Assembly: GCF_009914755.1 (NCBI RefSeq)
Contig: NC_060947.1
Length of the DNA stretch: 64,000 nucleotides
Reading direction: 5' to 3' (one strand)
DNA from: the human T2T-CHM13v2.0 reference genome, Homo sapiens
Shown here: piece by piece, positions 34,970-57,730 of the stretch
How the letters are laid out: each line of letters begins with the position of its first letter
Position numbering within the stretch: position 1 is the stretch's first letter
Translations under genes and position numbers: made by a program
The notes under the pieces: model-generated
Database searches by the model: none
What the model was told of the DNA's origin: nothing
Seen by the model: the letters and a program-made list of their open reading frames with translations, nothing else

Positions 34970-36257
34970 CCTTGAATGGTATCTGCATTTCTACTGTCTT
35001 TGTCTATTCAACACCCAGTCTCTTGGCGATGGGAGCAGGGAGAACCTACACACACCTCCTCACTGGAATCGGAATCTGTGCCCGAATCTGGGGCCCACCC
35101 AGTCGAGGATTCCGGCTGAAGGTAGCGGGCGATCCCAACTGTCGGGGAGGGTGAAGGCAGAACAGGGAGCTCGAGGAAATCTCATGTGACCTCGAGAGGC
35201 AATCTGGAAGACTGAGTAGGGACATGGAAATATCACATCCACAAAAACCTGCGGCCTTGGGGGTGGTGAAATGATATTTCATGGGGACCATCCAAGAACA
35301 GCCAGGCCTAGCATCGACACTTGCCCTGGAAAGCAGCTGGCCATTTTCAAATCAAGGGTATGGAGCCGACCAGCCGCAGAAGGGGCTGTTGGCTGCCTAT
35401 AGGACGCCAAGGATGTGGAAGCCACCTTCCGTGTAGCTCCCAGCCCACAGTTTCTACCAGGTTGGCCCGCAGGCATCAGAACAGACTCAGTGCCCCGGCC
35501 TCCAACCAAGAGATGAACCCGCCCTTTTCTTCAGCGTTCCTTGTACCTTCCCTTTGGCTCTGCCACCCACCAGGAGGTGGCTTCTGCCTCCACCTGGCTA
35601 CTAAGGAGGAGACCTGACCGGATTTGGTAACTGAGGTTCAAAGGTGAGGGCTAAGAGGAACTGAGGATGCCATGCAGGTTACTGGCCCAGATGACCTGAC
35701 CGTGTGCATGGTGGCACCGGAGGGACATAACAGCTCCAGAAAGAGGACGGGGCTCCATTGTGTTCCTCAACAGCACAGAAATAATCGTGCAGGAAAGGCC
35801 ACCCGCATGAAGCCACTGGGAGGGCAAAGATGCTTATGATGGAAAGAACGGTGACAGGGCAGAACTGGGACAGTGAACCGCAAGAGGAAAGGTGAGAGAG
35901 ACAGGGGTTCTAGAAGGAGTCCATCAGTTCCTGCTGAAGGAGAGGGAGAAAAGCACTGAAGAAGGGGACCTGTGACACCCCAAAGTGGGAGGAGAAGAGG
36001 AGGGACCATGAGCAGGGTGTGTAGGAGAAAGGCAGGAAATGCTGCTGTGGCCGGGCAGGGCCCCCACAGCACCTAGACCCAGGGCACTGTGGTGAGCCCG
36101 AGTGCAGGGCTGCTGCTCAGAGGCCGGCCCAGGCGCCCCGCAGGGAGAGGGCTCACCACAGAGCGCCAGGGGAACTGTTCTTCCAGCGCCAGGGAACGGA
36201 GCAACACCCGGCACACCCCAACACTCCCAACAATCACAGAGATGGCAGACCACAGAC

Positions 36258-36435
36258 CACAGAATATGAGAACGACTTTATTTCAAATTGCTTTGAACTG
36301 CGTTGGGAAGTGTGCAAATGCAGAGGAAGAGAGGAAGCCCTGGCTGAACAGGATATGGAGGGAACCCGCTTGGCTGCAGCTCCGGAGCTCCAAAGGTGGC
36401 AGCTGTTCATCTTGTAGGAAGATGCTGGCTCCAAC
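36258..36435 (-). other. 3' UTR terminal exon of the - paralog, with polyA signal
   Basis: Acceptor ctgtttcacag on the - strand before 36435; AATAAA (tttatt on +) at 36277-36282. Confidence 0.6.
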
Positions 36436-36542
36436 CTGTGAAACAGAGTAGGCTCAGGGACGGGCCCTCAGCCAGGGCCAGCCCACAGCCCTCCTAAGGT
36501 ACCATGATTGTGGAAAGGGGCATGGTGTGTGCAACACTCACT

Positions 36543-44515
<7,973 letters not shown>

Positions 44516-44621
44516 AGTGAGTGTTGCACACGTCATGTCCCTTTCCACAGTCCCAGTAGCTTAGAAGGGCTGTGGGCTCACCCTGGCTGGGGGCCCATCC
44601 CTGAGCTGCTCTGTTTCACAG

Positions 44622-44800
44622 GTTGGAGCCAGCATCTTCCTACAAGATGAGCAGCTGCTACCTTTGGAGCTCCGGAGCTGCAGCTAAGCGGGTTCCCTCC
44701 ATATCCTGTTCAGCCAGGGCTTCCTCTCTTCTGCTGCATTTGCCCCCTTCCCAACACAGTTCAAAGCAGTGTGAAATAAAGTTGTTCTCATATTCTGTGG
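44622..44800 (+). other. 3' UTR terminal exon (exon 6) of the + gene, with polyA signal
   Basis: Acceptor ctgtttcacag| ending at 44621; AATAAA at 44775-44780 followed by GT-rich sequence; mirrored in the other arm. End coordinate approximate. Confidence 0.7.
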
Positions 44801-45623
44801 TCTGTGGTCTGCCCTCTCTGCGATTGTTGGGAGTGTTGGGCGGTGCGGGGTGTTGCTGTGTTCCCTGGCGCTTGAAGAACGCTCTGTGGTGGACCCTCTC
44901 CCTGTAGGGCACCTGGGCCGGCTTCTGAGCAGCAGCCCTGCAGTCACCATAGTGCCTGGGTCTAGGTGCTGTGGGGGCCCTGCCCTGCCCTGCCACAGGA
45001 GCATTTTCTGCCTTTTCCCAACACACCCTGCTCATGTTCCCTCCTCTTCTCATCCTACTTTGGGGTCTCACAGGTCCCGTTGTTCAGCGCTACTCTCCCT
45101 CACCTTCAGGAGGAACTGAGTGCCTCCTTTCAGAACCCCAGTCTCTCTTGCCTTTCCTCCTGTGGTTCACTGTGACAGTTCTGCCATGTCACTGTCCTTT
45201 CTGTCATGAGCATCCTTACTCTCCCTGCGGCTTGATGTTGGTGGCCTCTCCTGTATGGTTATTTCCATGCTGTTGAGGAGCATGACGGAGCTCATCCTTC
45301 CACTCGGGCCCAGTCCTCTTTCTGGAGCCATTATGTCCCTCTGGTGCCACCACGCATACAGTCAGTTCATCTTGGCCAGAAACCCGCGCGACATCCTCAG
45401 TTCCTCTATTAGCCCTCATCTTTGAACCTCTGTTGCCACATCCCATCAGGTCTCCCTCCTTAGTTTCAGTAGCCAGATGGAAGCAGATGCCACATCCCGG
45501 TGGGTGGCCGAGCAAAAGGGAAGGCACAGGGAGCGCTGAAAAGGGCGGGGTAGTCTCTTGGTTGGAGGTGGGGGCATTGAGTCTGTTCTGGTGCCTGTGG
45601 GCCAACCTGGTGAAAACTGCCTG

Positions 45624-45776
45624 CTGGGCGCCTGTAGTCCCAGGTACTCGGGAGGCTGAGGCAGGAGAATCACTTGAACAATGGAGGCAGAGGTTGCAGT
45701 CGAGATTGTGCCGCTGCACTCCAGCCTGGTGACAGAGCAAGACTCCGTCTAAAACAAAAACAAAAACAAAAAAAAC
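45624..45776 (+). mobile_element. 5'-truncated Alu present only in the right palindrome arm
   Basis: gggcgcctgtagtcccaggtactcgggagg...A-rich tail; not present at the equivalent left-arm site near 35445. Confidence 0.85.
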
Positions 45777-46178
45777 TTCCCACACTTCCCACTGGCAGCT
45801 ACATGGAAGGTGGCTTCCACCTCCTTGATGTCCTGTAGGCAGCCAACAGCCCCTTCTGCAACTGGTTGGCTTCATATCCTTGATTTGAAAATGGCCAGTT
45901 GCCTTCCAGGGCAAGTGTGGATGCTAGGCCTGGCTGTTCTTGGATGGTCCCCGTCAAATACTGTTCCACCATCCCCAAAGCTGCAGGTTTTTGTAGACGT
46001 GATATTTCTGTGTGCCTGTTCAGTCTTTCAGACCACCTCTTGAGGTCACATGAGATTTCCTTGAGCTTCCTGTTCTGCCTTCACCCTCCCTGACAGTTGG
46101 GATTGCCTCCTTCCTTCAGCCTGAATCCAGGGCTGTATGGGTGTGAGACACAGACAGATTCTGTTTCCAGTGATGTAA

Positions 46179-46645
<467 letters not shown>

Positions 46646-48401
46646 TGAACGGTCAGCTTCCACACCATCTTGGGTTCCATGGCAGAAGACCTGTTCCTGA
46701 TTCAACCCACAGGAAGCATCGTGAGTGCCTGAGGGGAGAAATGTCCCAGAGGACAGCCAGAGACAAAACGGGGAGGCAGAACTATCATCCTCAGCCCTGG
46801 AACCTCTGCTGTGTAACTCAGCCAAAGGAGATGCCAAATCAGAGTGGCCGTTTAGCAGCGCCACACTGTTAGTGGGATGTTCCACGAGCCCCGTGGGCAC
46901 AGACCCTTAGCCAGCTAGCTCTTCCATACTGGCAAGATATCACCTTTGGGACCTCCCTCATTCTGGATGGGCAGCACTCTGATCATTTGCTTGAGACAAG
47001 GTAAAGTTGGGCTTAAGGCACCATCTAATGCTGTAAAGATGGTAGTGGCCTAGCAGAAAAAAATGACATTCAACAGGTAAATTACACAAAATCTGTAAGC
47101 AAACATAAAAATCCAAACAAGCCAGACAGAGAAGACTAGAATAAATAACGAATCCTTTAGGTATTTTATTTTATTTCTGGCTGTTGTGAATGAGATTACT
47201 TTATCGATTTTTTTTCAGAGTGTTCACTGTTGGCATGTAGAAATGCTAGATTTATGTGTGTTGATTTTCTATCCTGCAACTTGCCTGAATTTACTCATCA
47301 GTTTGAAGAGTTTACTGGTGGAGTCTTTAGGTTTTTGCAAATACAAGATCATGTCATCTGCAAACAAGCAGAAAGATAATTACCAGAGGCTGGAAAGGGT
47401 AGTGAGGGGTGAGGGAGAGGTGGGGATAATTAATGGGTCCAAAAAAAGATATTTAGATAGAATGAACTGTCGGCTTCCCTGGTTTTGAGACTTTCAGACT
47501 TAGACTGAGCCACTCCAAGCTTCTCCCTTTCTCCAGCTTTCAGTTCTTCCCCATTCAGTATGATACTAGCTGTGGGTCTGTATGTCCTTCTATACCCAGT
47601 TTTGTGAGGGCTTTCGCCATGAAGGAATTCTGAATTTTATCAAATGGTTTTTTCAGCATTAATTGAAATGATCATATGGTTGTTATCCTTCATTCTGTTG
47701 ATATGGTGTATCACATTGATTGATTTGCATATGTTGAACCGTCCTCGGATCCCTGGGATATATCGCACTTGGTCATGATGATGACTGAATGCCTTTCCTC
47801 TAAGACTTGGAACACAACAAGGTGCCCTTGTTCACCACTTTTGTTCACCATGGTACTGGAAGTCATAGCTAGAACAATCAGACAAGAGAAAGAGATAAAA
47901 GGCCTCCAAATTAGAAAGAAAGAAGTCAAATTATCAACGTATTGTTGAATTCGGTTTGCTAGTATTTGCTGAAGGTTTTTGCATCAATATTCATCAGGGA
48001 AATTGGCTTGTAGCTTCCTTTTTTTTTTTTTTAAATGTATCTTTGTCTGGTTTTTGGTATCAGGCTTATACTGGCCTGGTAGAATGAGTTTGGAAGTATT
48101 CCCTCTTCCTCTGTTTTTCAGAATAGTTTGAGTAGGATTAGTATTAGCTCTTCTTGATTATTTTTTGTTCTTTTTTGATGTGGGTACTTTTAGATATACA
48201 CTTCTCTCTTTGTACTGCTTTGGCTGTATCCCATAGGTCTGGGTATGTTTTGTTTCCATCGTCATTCATTTTAAGAAATTTTTAAAGTTTTATAGTTTCT
48301 AAAATGTCTGTAGTTATTGATCTCTAGTTTTATTCCATTGTGGTCAGAGAAGATGTCTAATATTATTGGAATTTTTTGAATGTTTTAAAACTTGTGACCT
48401 C

Positions 48402-50868
48402 TCCCTCTCCCTCTCCCTCTCCCTCTGGCTCTCCCTCTCCCTCTCCCTCTCCCTCTCGCTCTCTGTCTCCCTCTTTCTACCGTCTCCCTCTCTTGCGGAG
48501 CCTGGACTGTACTGCCATGATCTCGGCTCGCTGCAACCTCCCTGCCTCGGGCTCTGGTGATTCTCCTGCCTTGGCCTGCCGAGTGCCTGGGATTCCGGGC
48601 ACGTGCCGCCACTCCTGACTGGTTTTTGTGTTTTTGGTGGAGACGGGGTTTTGCCCTGTTGACCGGGCTGGTCTCCAGCTTCTGGCCTCGGGTGATCTGC
48701 CCGCCTCGGCCTCCTGAGGTGCTGGGATTGCAGATGGAGTCTCGCTCACTCAATGCTCAATGTTGCCCAGGCTGGAGTGCAGTGGTGTGATCTCGGCTCG
48801 CTACAATCTCCACCTCCCAGCCGCCTGCCTTGGCCTCCCAAAGTGCTAAGATTACAGCCTCTGCCCGGCCGCCACCCCATCTAGGAAGTGAGGAGTGTCT
48901 CTGCCTGGCCGCCCATCGTCTGGGATGTGAGGAGCGCCTATGCCCGGCTGCCCCATCTGGGAAGTGAGGAGCACCTCTGCCCGGCCACCCCATCTGGGAG
49001 GAAGTGAGGAGCGCCTCTGCCCGGCCCCTAATGGGAAGTGAGGAGCGCCTCTGCCTGGCCGCCCCTGTCTGGGAAGTGAGGAGCGCCTCTGCTCGGCCGC
49101 CACCCTGTCTAGGAAGTGAGGAGCGTCTCTGCCTGGCCGCTCATCATCTGGGATGTGAGGAGCCCCTCTGCCTGGCCGCCCCGTCTGGGAAGTGAGGAGC
49201 GCCTCTGCCTGGCCGCCCCGTCTGGGAGGAAGTGAGGAGCGCCTCTGCCTGGTTGCCCCGAATGGGAAGTGAGGAGCGCCTCTGCCCAGACGCCCCGTCT
49301 GGGAGGTGAGGAGCGCCTCTGCCCGGCTGCCCCGTCTGGGAGGTGAGGGGCATCTCTGCCTGGCCACCACCCCGTCTGGGAAGTGAGGAGTGCCTCTGCC
49401 TGGTCGCCACCCCATCTGGGAGGTGAGGGGAGTCTCTGCCTGGCCGCCCTGCCTGGGAAGTGAGGGGCGCCTCTGCCCAGATGCCCTTCGTCTGGGAGGT
49501 GTGGAGCGCCTCTGCCCGGCCGCCCTGTCTGGGAGGTGAGGGGCGTCTCTGCCCGGCCACCCCATCTGGGAGGTGGGGAGCACCTCTGCCCGGCCGCCGC
49601 CCCGTCTGGGAAGTGAGGGGCGCCTCTGCCCGGCCACTCTTCGTCTGGGAGGTGAGGAGCGCCTCTGCCCGGCCGCCCTTCGTCTGGGAGGTGGGGAGCA
49701 CCTCTGCCTGGCCACCCCGTCGGGGAAGTGGGCACCTCTGCCCAGCCACCCCATCTGGGAGGTGAGGGGCATCTCTGCCCGGCTGCCCTGTCTGGGAGGT
49801 GAGGAGCGCCTCTGCCTGGCTGCCCCGTCTGGGAAGTGGGGGGTGCCTCTGCCCTGCCGCTCTTCGTCTGGGAAGTGGGGAGCGCCTCTGCCCAGCCGCC
49901 CCGTCTGGGAGGTGGGGAGTGCCTCTGCCTGGCCGCCCCATCTGGGATGTGAGGAGCACCTCTGCCCGGCCGCCACCCCCTCTGGGAGGTGAGGAGCGCC
50001 TCTGTCTGGCCGCCACCCCGTCTGGGTAGTGAGGTGTGCCTCTGCCCGGCCGCCCCGTCTGGGAAGTGAGGAGTGCCTCTGCCAGGCCGCCCCATCTGGG
50101 ATGTGAGGAGTGCCTCTGCCAGGCCGCCCCGTCTGGGATGTGAGGAGTGCCTCTGCCAGGCCGCCCCGTCTGGGATGTGAGGAGTGCCTCTGCCAGGCCG
50201 CCCCGTCTGGGATGTGAGGAGTGCCTCTGCCAGGCCGCCCCGTCTGGGATGTGAGGAGTGCCTCTGCCAGGCCGCCCCATCTGGGATGTGAGGAGTGCCT
50301 CTGCCAGGCCGCCCTGTCTGGGAAGTGTACCCAACAGCTCCGAAGAGACAGCGACCATCGAGAACGGGCCATGATGACGACGGCAGTTTTGTCGAAAAGA
50401 AAAGGGGAAAATGTGGGGAAAAGAAAGAGACATCAGATTGTTACTGTGTCTGTGTAGAAAGAAGTAGACATAGGAGACTCCATTTTGTTCTGTACTGAGA
50501 AAAATTCTTCTGCCTTGGGATGCTGTTAATCTATAACCTTACCCCCAACCCGGTGCTCTCTGAAACATGTGCTGTGTCCACTCAGGGTTAAATGGATTAA
50601 GGGCGGTGCAAGATGTGCTTTGTTAAACAGATGCTTGAAGGCAGCATGCTCGTTAAGAGTCATCACCACTCCCTAATCTCAAGTACCCAGGGACACAAAC
50701 AGGGCCAAAGGCCACAGGGACCTCTGCCTAGGAAAACCAGAGACCTTTGTTCTCGTGTTTATCTGCTGACCTTCTCTCCACTATTATCCTATGACCCTGC
50801 CACATCCCCCTCTCTGAGAAACACCCAAGAATGATCAATAAATACTAAAAAAACAAAACAAAACAAAA
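48402..50868 (+). mobile_element. SVA retrotransposon, full-length (SVA_A-like)
   Basis: (CCCTCT)n head, Alu-like region, ~1.45-kb VNTR, SINE-R ending atcaataaatact plus A-rich tail. Confidence 0.93.
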
Positions 50869-51027
50869 TTAGCCGGGCATGGTGGCGCATGCCTGCAGTC
50901 CCAGTTACACAGGAGGCTGAGGCAAGAGAATCACTAGAACCCGGGAGGCAGAGGTTGCAGGGAGCTGAGATCATGCCACTGAACTCTAGCCTGGGCAACA
51001 GTGGAGACTCAGTCTCAAAAATAAATA
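50866..51027 (+). mobile_element. Alu right monomer directly following the SVA tail
   Basis: aaattagccgggcatggtggcgcatgcctgcagtcccag...gtctcaaaa. Confidence 0.85.
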
Positions 51028-51871
<844 letters not shown>

Positions 51872-53007
51872 TTAAAGGAAACAGATCATTGGGTCTTTTA
51901 AAAATATTTATTCAGCTACTTTATGTCATTTGATTGGAGAGTTTAGCTCATTTACATTCAATGTTACTATCAATGAGTAAGGACTTGCTCCTTCCAATTT
52001 GTTATTTCCTTTCTGGTTGTTTTGTAATGTTCTTTTCCTGCTTCTTTTCCTCCTGCCTTCCTTTTAGAGAAGATGATTTTCTCTGGTGGTAAAATTTAAT
52101 TTCTTGCTTTTTATTTTTTATGTATCCATTTTATGTTTTTCCACTTGAGGTTACCATGAGGCTTCCAGATACTATTTTATAACCCATTATTTTAAACCGA
52201 TGACAACTTAGCACTGATTGTATACACAAACAAACAAGTGAAAAGATAACTTATGAAAATTTAACACTTTAACTTCATCTGCCCACTTTTTAACTTTTGT
52301 TGTTTCTCTTTATGTCTTATTGTACTCTCTATGACTTGAAGAGTTCCCATAGTTATTAATTTTTTTACACAATGCTTTTTTGTGTGTAGTTCGTTGTCAA
52401 AATTTGGTGTTCCTGCAGGGGGAACAACCAATGGAGGCTTCCATTCCAACTTCTTGCTCCACCCTCCCAATTGCATTCCTCAACTTCACAATTTCAGCTT
52501 GATTCCTTTTAACTACTTCAATGCCATTGTTAAATTTATCTGATAGATTTCTGAATTCCCTCTGTGTGTTATTTTGAATTTCTTTCACTTGCCTCAAAAC
52601 AGCTATTTTGAATTACTTGTCTCAAAGGTCACATATCTTTATTCTCCAGGCCTGGACCCTGGTGCCTTCTTTAGTTCATTTGGTGAGGTCATGTTTACCT
52701 GGATGGTCTTGATGCTTGTGGCTGTTCATCGGCGCCTGGGCATTGAAGAGTTAGGTATTTATTGTAGTCTTTGCAGTCTGGGCTTGTTTGTACCATCTTT
52801 CTTCAGAAGGCTTTCCAGATATTCAAAGGGAGCTGGGTGTTGTAATCTAAGTTGTATCTGCATTAGGGGTATCCCAAGCCTAGTAACACTGTGGCTTTTG
52901 CAGACTTGTAGAGGTACTGCCTCGGTGGTCTTGGATAAGACCCAGAAGAATTCTCTGAGTTACCAGACAGAGACTCTTGTTTTCTTCCCTTATTTCTCCC
53001 AAACAAA

Positions 53008-53190
53008 GTCTCAGTCTCTCTCTCTCTGTCTCTCTCTCTCTGTCTCTCTCTCTCTGTCTCTCTCTCTCTTTCTCTCTCTCTCTTGCTGTCTCTCTGTCTC
53101 TCTCTCTCTCACCCCCACCCCCATTTCTCGCTCTCGCTCTCCCTCTTGCTCTCATTCTATCTTGCTCTCTCTTCCTCTTGCTCTCTCTCT
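53008..53190. repeat. (CT)n-rich low-complexity repeat
   Basis: Imperfect TC/TCTG runs. Confidence 0.9.
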
Positions 53191-56100
53191 GTGCTGAGAC
53201 ACCTGGAGCTGCAGGTGGGGTGACACAATCCCCACTGTGGCCACCACTGGGGCCTTGCTGAATCAGGCCTGAAGCCAACACAGCACTGGTCTTGCCCATT
53301 ACCTGGCTGTAACCAATACCTGACTACTGCCTATGTTCACTCAAGGCTGGAGGACTCTACAATAAGCAGGTAGCAAAGCCAGCCAGGCCTTTGTCCTTCC
53401 CTTCAGAGTGGCTAGTTCCCCCAGACCCCAGGTTGGCTTAGAGATGCCTCCGGGAGACAGGGACCAGAGTCAAAAATTTTAGAAATTTACCTTGTGCTCT
53501 ACACTATTGCAACTAAGCTGGCATTCAAACCACAATACAAAGTCCTTCCCACTCTTCCGTGCCCGTTCCACAGGCAGAGAAGCCTCTCGCTGTGGCCACC
53601 ACCACTGCAGGCCCACAGAGACTATTGCCAGGCTACTGCCTGTGTTCACTTAAGGCTGAAGGGCTTCTCAGTCAGCTTGTGGTGAATACTGCTAGGCCTG
53701 GGACTCACTCTTCATGGTAATGGGCTCTCCTCTGGCCCAGGGGAGGTCCAAAAGTCCTATGCAAGAGCCAGGGCCAGGACTCAGGTACCCCAAGCCCTCA
53801 CTTGCTGCTCTGCCTCACTGTGGCCAAGCTGGCGCCTACGGTGCACGGCAAAGTCCCCTATACTCTTCCTTCTGCTATTCTCCCAGAGAAACTGTCTCTG
53901 CCCATAGCCACCACAGCTGGGAATGCCCTGGGTCTCCCCTGAAGCCAGCATGTCTTAGAGTCTCACCCAGGGCCCATGGTAAACTACCTGGGTATCATTG
54001 CAGGTTCCTCAGGGCCCAAGGGCCCTTTAGTCAGCAGGTGATGAATCCTGTCAGGGCTGAGTCCTTCCCTTCAAGGCAGCAGATTTGCTTCTGGCCCAGG
54101 GTGTGTCTAGAAATGTCATCCACAAGCTAGACCCTGAAATGGGGGCCTCAGGACTCTGCCCAGTGCCCTATCCTTCTGCAGCTAAGTTTATATCCAAGAT
54201 GCAAGACAAAGTCTTCTTTACACTTCCCTCTCCTCTCCTCAAGTGAAAGAAGGCATCTCTCCTGGAGCTGCGAGCTGTGCTGCTGGGGTTGGGAAAGCCA
54301 TGGTACATGTATTCCCTCAGCCACCTTGGCTGGTGTCTCACTAGGTCGTGTGCTCCCCATGTCCTCTGGCTCTGAGCCCAGCACAGCACTAGGAGTTGCA
54401 GACCCTGTGGCCTAGACCACCTTTCAAGTTTATTTATAACCCCTAATCTTGCAGTGGCGAGGCTTCCCAAAACCCAAGTTCTGACTTCTGTGATGTGTAA
54501 ATTCCCTCTGGCTACGGCTGGTCTAAATGCTCCCTCTGTGGGCATCAGCCAACTTCAGACCAGTTTTGCTTTCTGCTGTGACAGGGCAGCAGTGAGTACA
54601 GTGCAAGTCCCATAGGCATTGGGTCATGGTGAGTAATCCCTTAATTAAACAGCAGAAAAACATAAAAAATTAATGTGCTATGAAATTTGGTTTGCTAGTA
54701 CTTTGTTGAGGATTTTTGCTTCTATGTTCATCAGGGATATGGGCCTATAATTTTCTTGTAGTGTCCTCGTCTGGCTTTGGTGCTAGGGTAATGCTGGCCT
54801 TGTAAAATGAGTTTGGAAGTATTCCTTCTTCTTCAGTTTATTGGATGAGTTTGAGAAGGATTGATCTTAATCCTACTCTAAATGTTTGGTAGAATTCAAC
54901 AGAAAGCCATCAGGTCCTGGGCTTTCCTTTGATGGGTGACTTTCCATTACTGATTCAATCTCTTCACCCAGTTTTTGTCTGTTCAGATTTTTTATTTCTT
55001 TACAATTCAGTCTTGGTATGTTGTATGGATAAAAGACATTTATTCATTTATTCTGGGTTATCCAATTTGTTGGCATACAATTGTTCATAATAGTCTCTTA
55101 TAATCCTTTTAATTTCTGTAGCATTGGTTGTAATGTCTCTGATTTCATTTCTGTTTTTAGTTAGTCTTTCCTCTTTTTTTCTTAATTTAGCTAAGCATTT
55201 GTCAATTTTGTTGATATTTTTTAAAAAACCATCCCACATTTGTTGCTATTTTCTATTGTTTTCCAAGTCTCCATTTTATTTATTTGTGCTCTGATGTTTA
55301 TTATTACCTTCCTTCTACTATCTTTGGGCATAAACTCTCTTCTTTTTCTCGTTCCTTGAGGTGTAACATTTGGTTGTTATTTGAAATCTTTGTTGTTTTT
55401 TGAGGTGAGCAATTACTGCTATAAACTTCCCCTTAAAATTGTGTTTTTCCTGCATTTCTCATGTCTTGGTATGTTGTGAGTCCATTTTCATTTGTCTCAA
55501 GATAGTTTTTAATTTCCCTTTTAAGTTGTTCTTGGATCAGTTGGTTGTTTGGGAACATGTTGTTTCATTTGTATTTGTGAGTTTTCTAAAATTCCTCCTA
55601 TTATTGATTTCTAAATTCATAGCATTGTGGTCAGAAAAGATATTTGATATGATTTCAATCTTCTTAAATGTGTTGACTTGTTTTGTGGCCTAACATATAA
55701 TCTATCCTGGAGAATGTTCAGTGTGCACTTGAGAAGAATGTGTCTTCTGCTGCTGTAAGATGGAACATTCCGTATATGTCTGTTAGGCCCGTTTGTTTCA
55801 TCGTGTTCAAACCCACTGTTTCCTTACCAGTTTTCTCTCTGAATTTCCATTGTTGACAATGGGATAGTGAAGCCTCCTCCTACTGTTGTATTGCAGTGTA
55901 TTTCTCCCTTCAGATGTATGATTATTTGCTTTACATATTTAGATGCTCTAAAGTTAGGTGTGTATGTGTTTATAATTATTATAGACTCTTGATGAATCGA
56001 CCCCTTTATTATCATATAATGACTTTCTTTGTCTCATTTTGTAGTTTTTGACTTAAAGTCTATTTTGTCTCATACAAATATGGCCACACCTGCTCTCCTT

Positions 56101-56801
56101 TGTTTCCTATTTGAATGACATGTGTTTTTCCATCCCTTCACTTTTAGTCTATGTGTGTCCTAAAGGTGCAGTGGGTCTCTCATAAGCATCATATGCTTTT
56201 GCCTTTTTTTTTTTTTTCCCCCATTTAGACTTGCTATGTCTTTGGAGAATTTAATCCATTTACATTCAAGTTAATTCTTGATAGGCAAGGACTTACTGTT
56301 GCCTCTTTGCTCATTGTTTCTGGTTGTTTTGTGGATTCCTTGTTCCTTTCTTCTTTTGCTGTCTGCCTTCATGATCAAGTGGTTTTCAATAGTGATATGC
56401 TGCGATTCTTCACTTTTTATCTTTCGTGTATCTACTATAGATTTCTGTTTTATGAATACCATGAGGCTTACATAAAATATCTTATGGTTATAACAGACTA
56501 CTCTGAGCTGATAACAACTTAACTTTGATTACACACAAAAACTACAATTATGCTCCTTAACTCCCCGTATATTTTATGTTTTTGATGTCACTATTTACAT
56601 CTTTTTTAAATTCCATATCCCTTAACACATTTTTGTAGCTATACTTTCACAAATAGTTTTGTCTTTTAACCTTCATACTAAAGATATAAGTGATTTATAC
56701 ATCGTCATTACAATGAGTATTCTGGGTTTGAACATGTACTTATTTTACTCATAAATTTTCTTCTTTCATATTTTCTTATTACCAATTAACATCCTTTTCT
56801 T

Positions 56802-57135
56802 GGCCAGGTGCGATGGCTCGTGCGTGTAGTCCCAGCACTTTGGGAGGCTGAGGCAGGCTGATCACTTGAGCTCAGGAGTTGGAGACCAGCCTGGGCAACA
56901 TAGTGAAACACTGTCTCCACACAAAATAGAAACAAACAAAAAAATTAGCTGGGCATGGCAGTGCATGCCTGCAGTCCCAGCTTCTTGGGAGGCTCATGTA
57001 GGAGGTTTACTTGAGCCTGGGAAGTCGAGGTTGCAGTGAGCCACGATCACACCACTGCACTCCAGTCCAGGTGACAGAGTGAGATCCTGTCTCAAAACAA
57101 ACAAAGAAACATACAAAAAACAAAACCCAAATAAC
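56802..57135 (+). mobile_element. Alu (AluJ-like)
   Basis: Dimer with A-rich tail. Confidence 0.9.
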
Positions 57136-57367
57136 AAACAGACTCAAAAACCAGATCGTTTTCTCTCAGCTTGAAGAATTCCCTCTAGCATTCCTTGTAA
57201 TGCAGTGAACTACTTTAGGAAGATTATTTTTAATTCCTTCTTAGAAAGTTTCTAAATCTCTCTTCTTTAGGGTTGATCAGTGAAGCTTTACTTTGTTCCT
57301 TTGGTAGTGTCATGTTTCCCTGATTGATTGTGACCTTTGTGGCTGTACATTGGCTTCTGTGCATTTA

Positions 57368-57730
<363 letters not shown>

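Noticed and set aside
48852-50433. Long ORFs of 506, 429 and 328 aa on the - strand
   Set aside because: They are translations of the stop-poor GC-rich SVA VNTR, repetitive in all frames; not genes.
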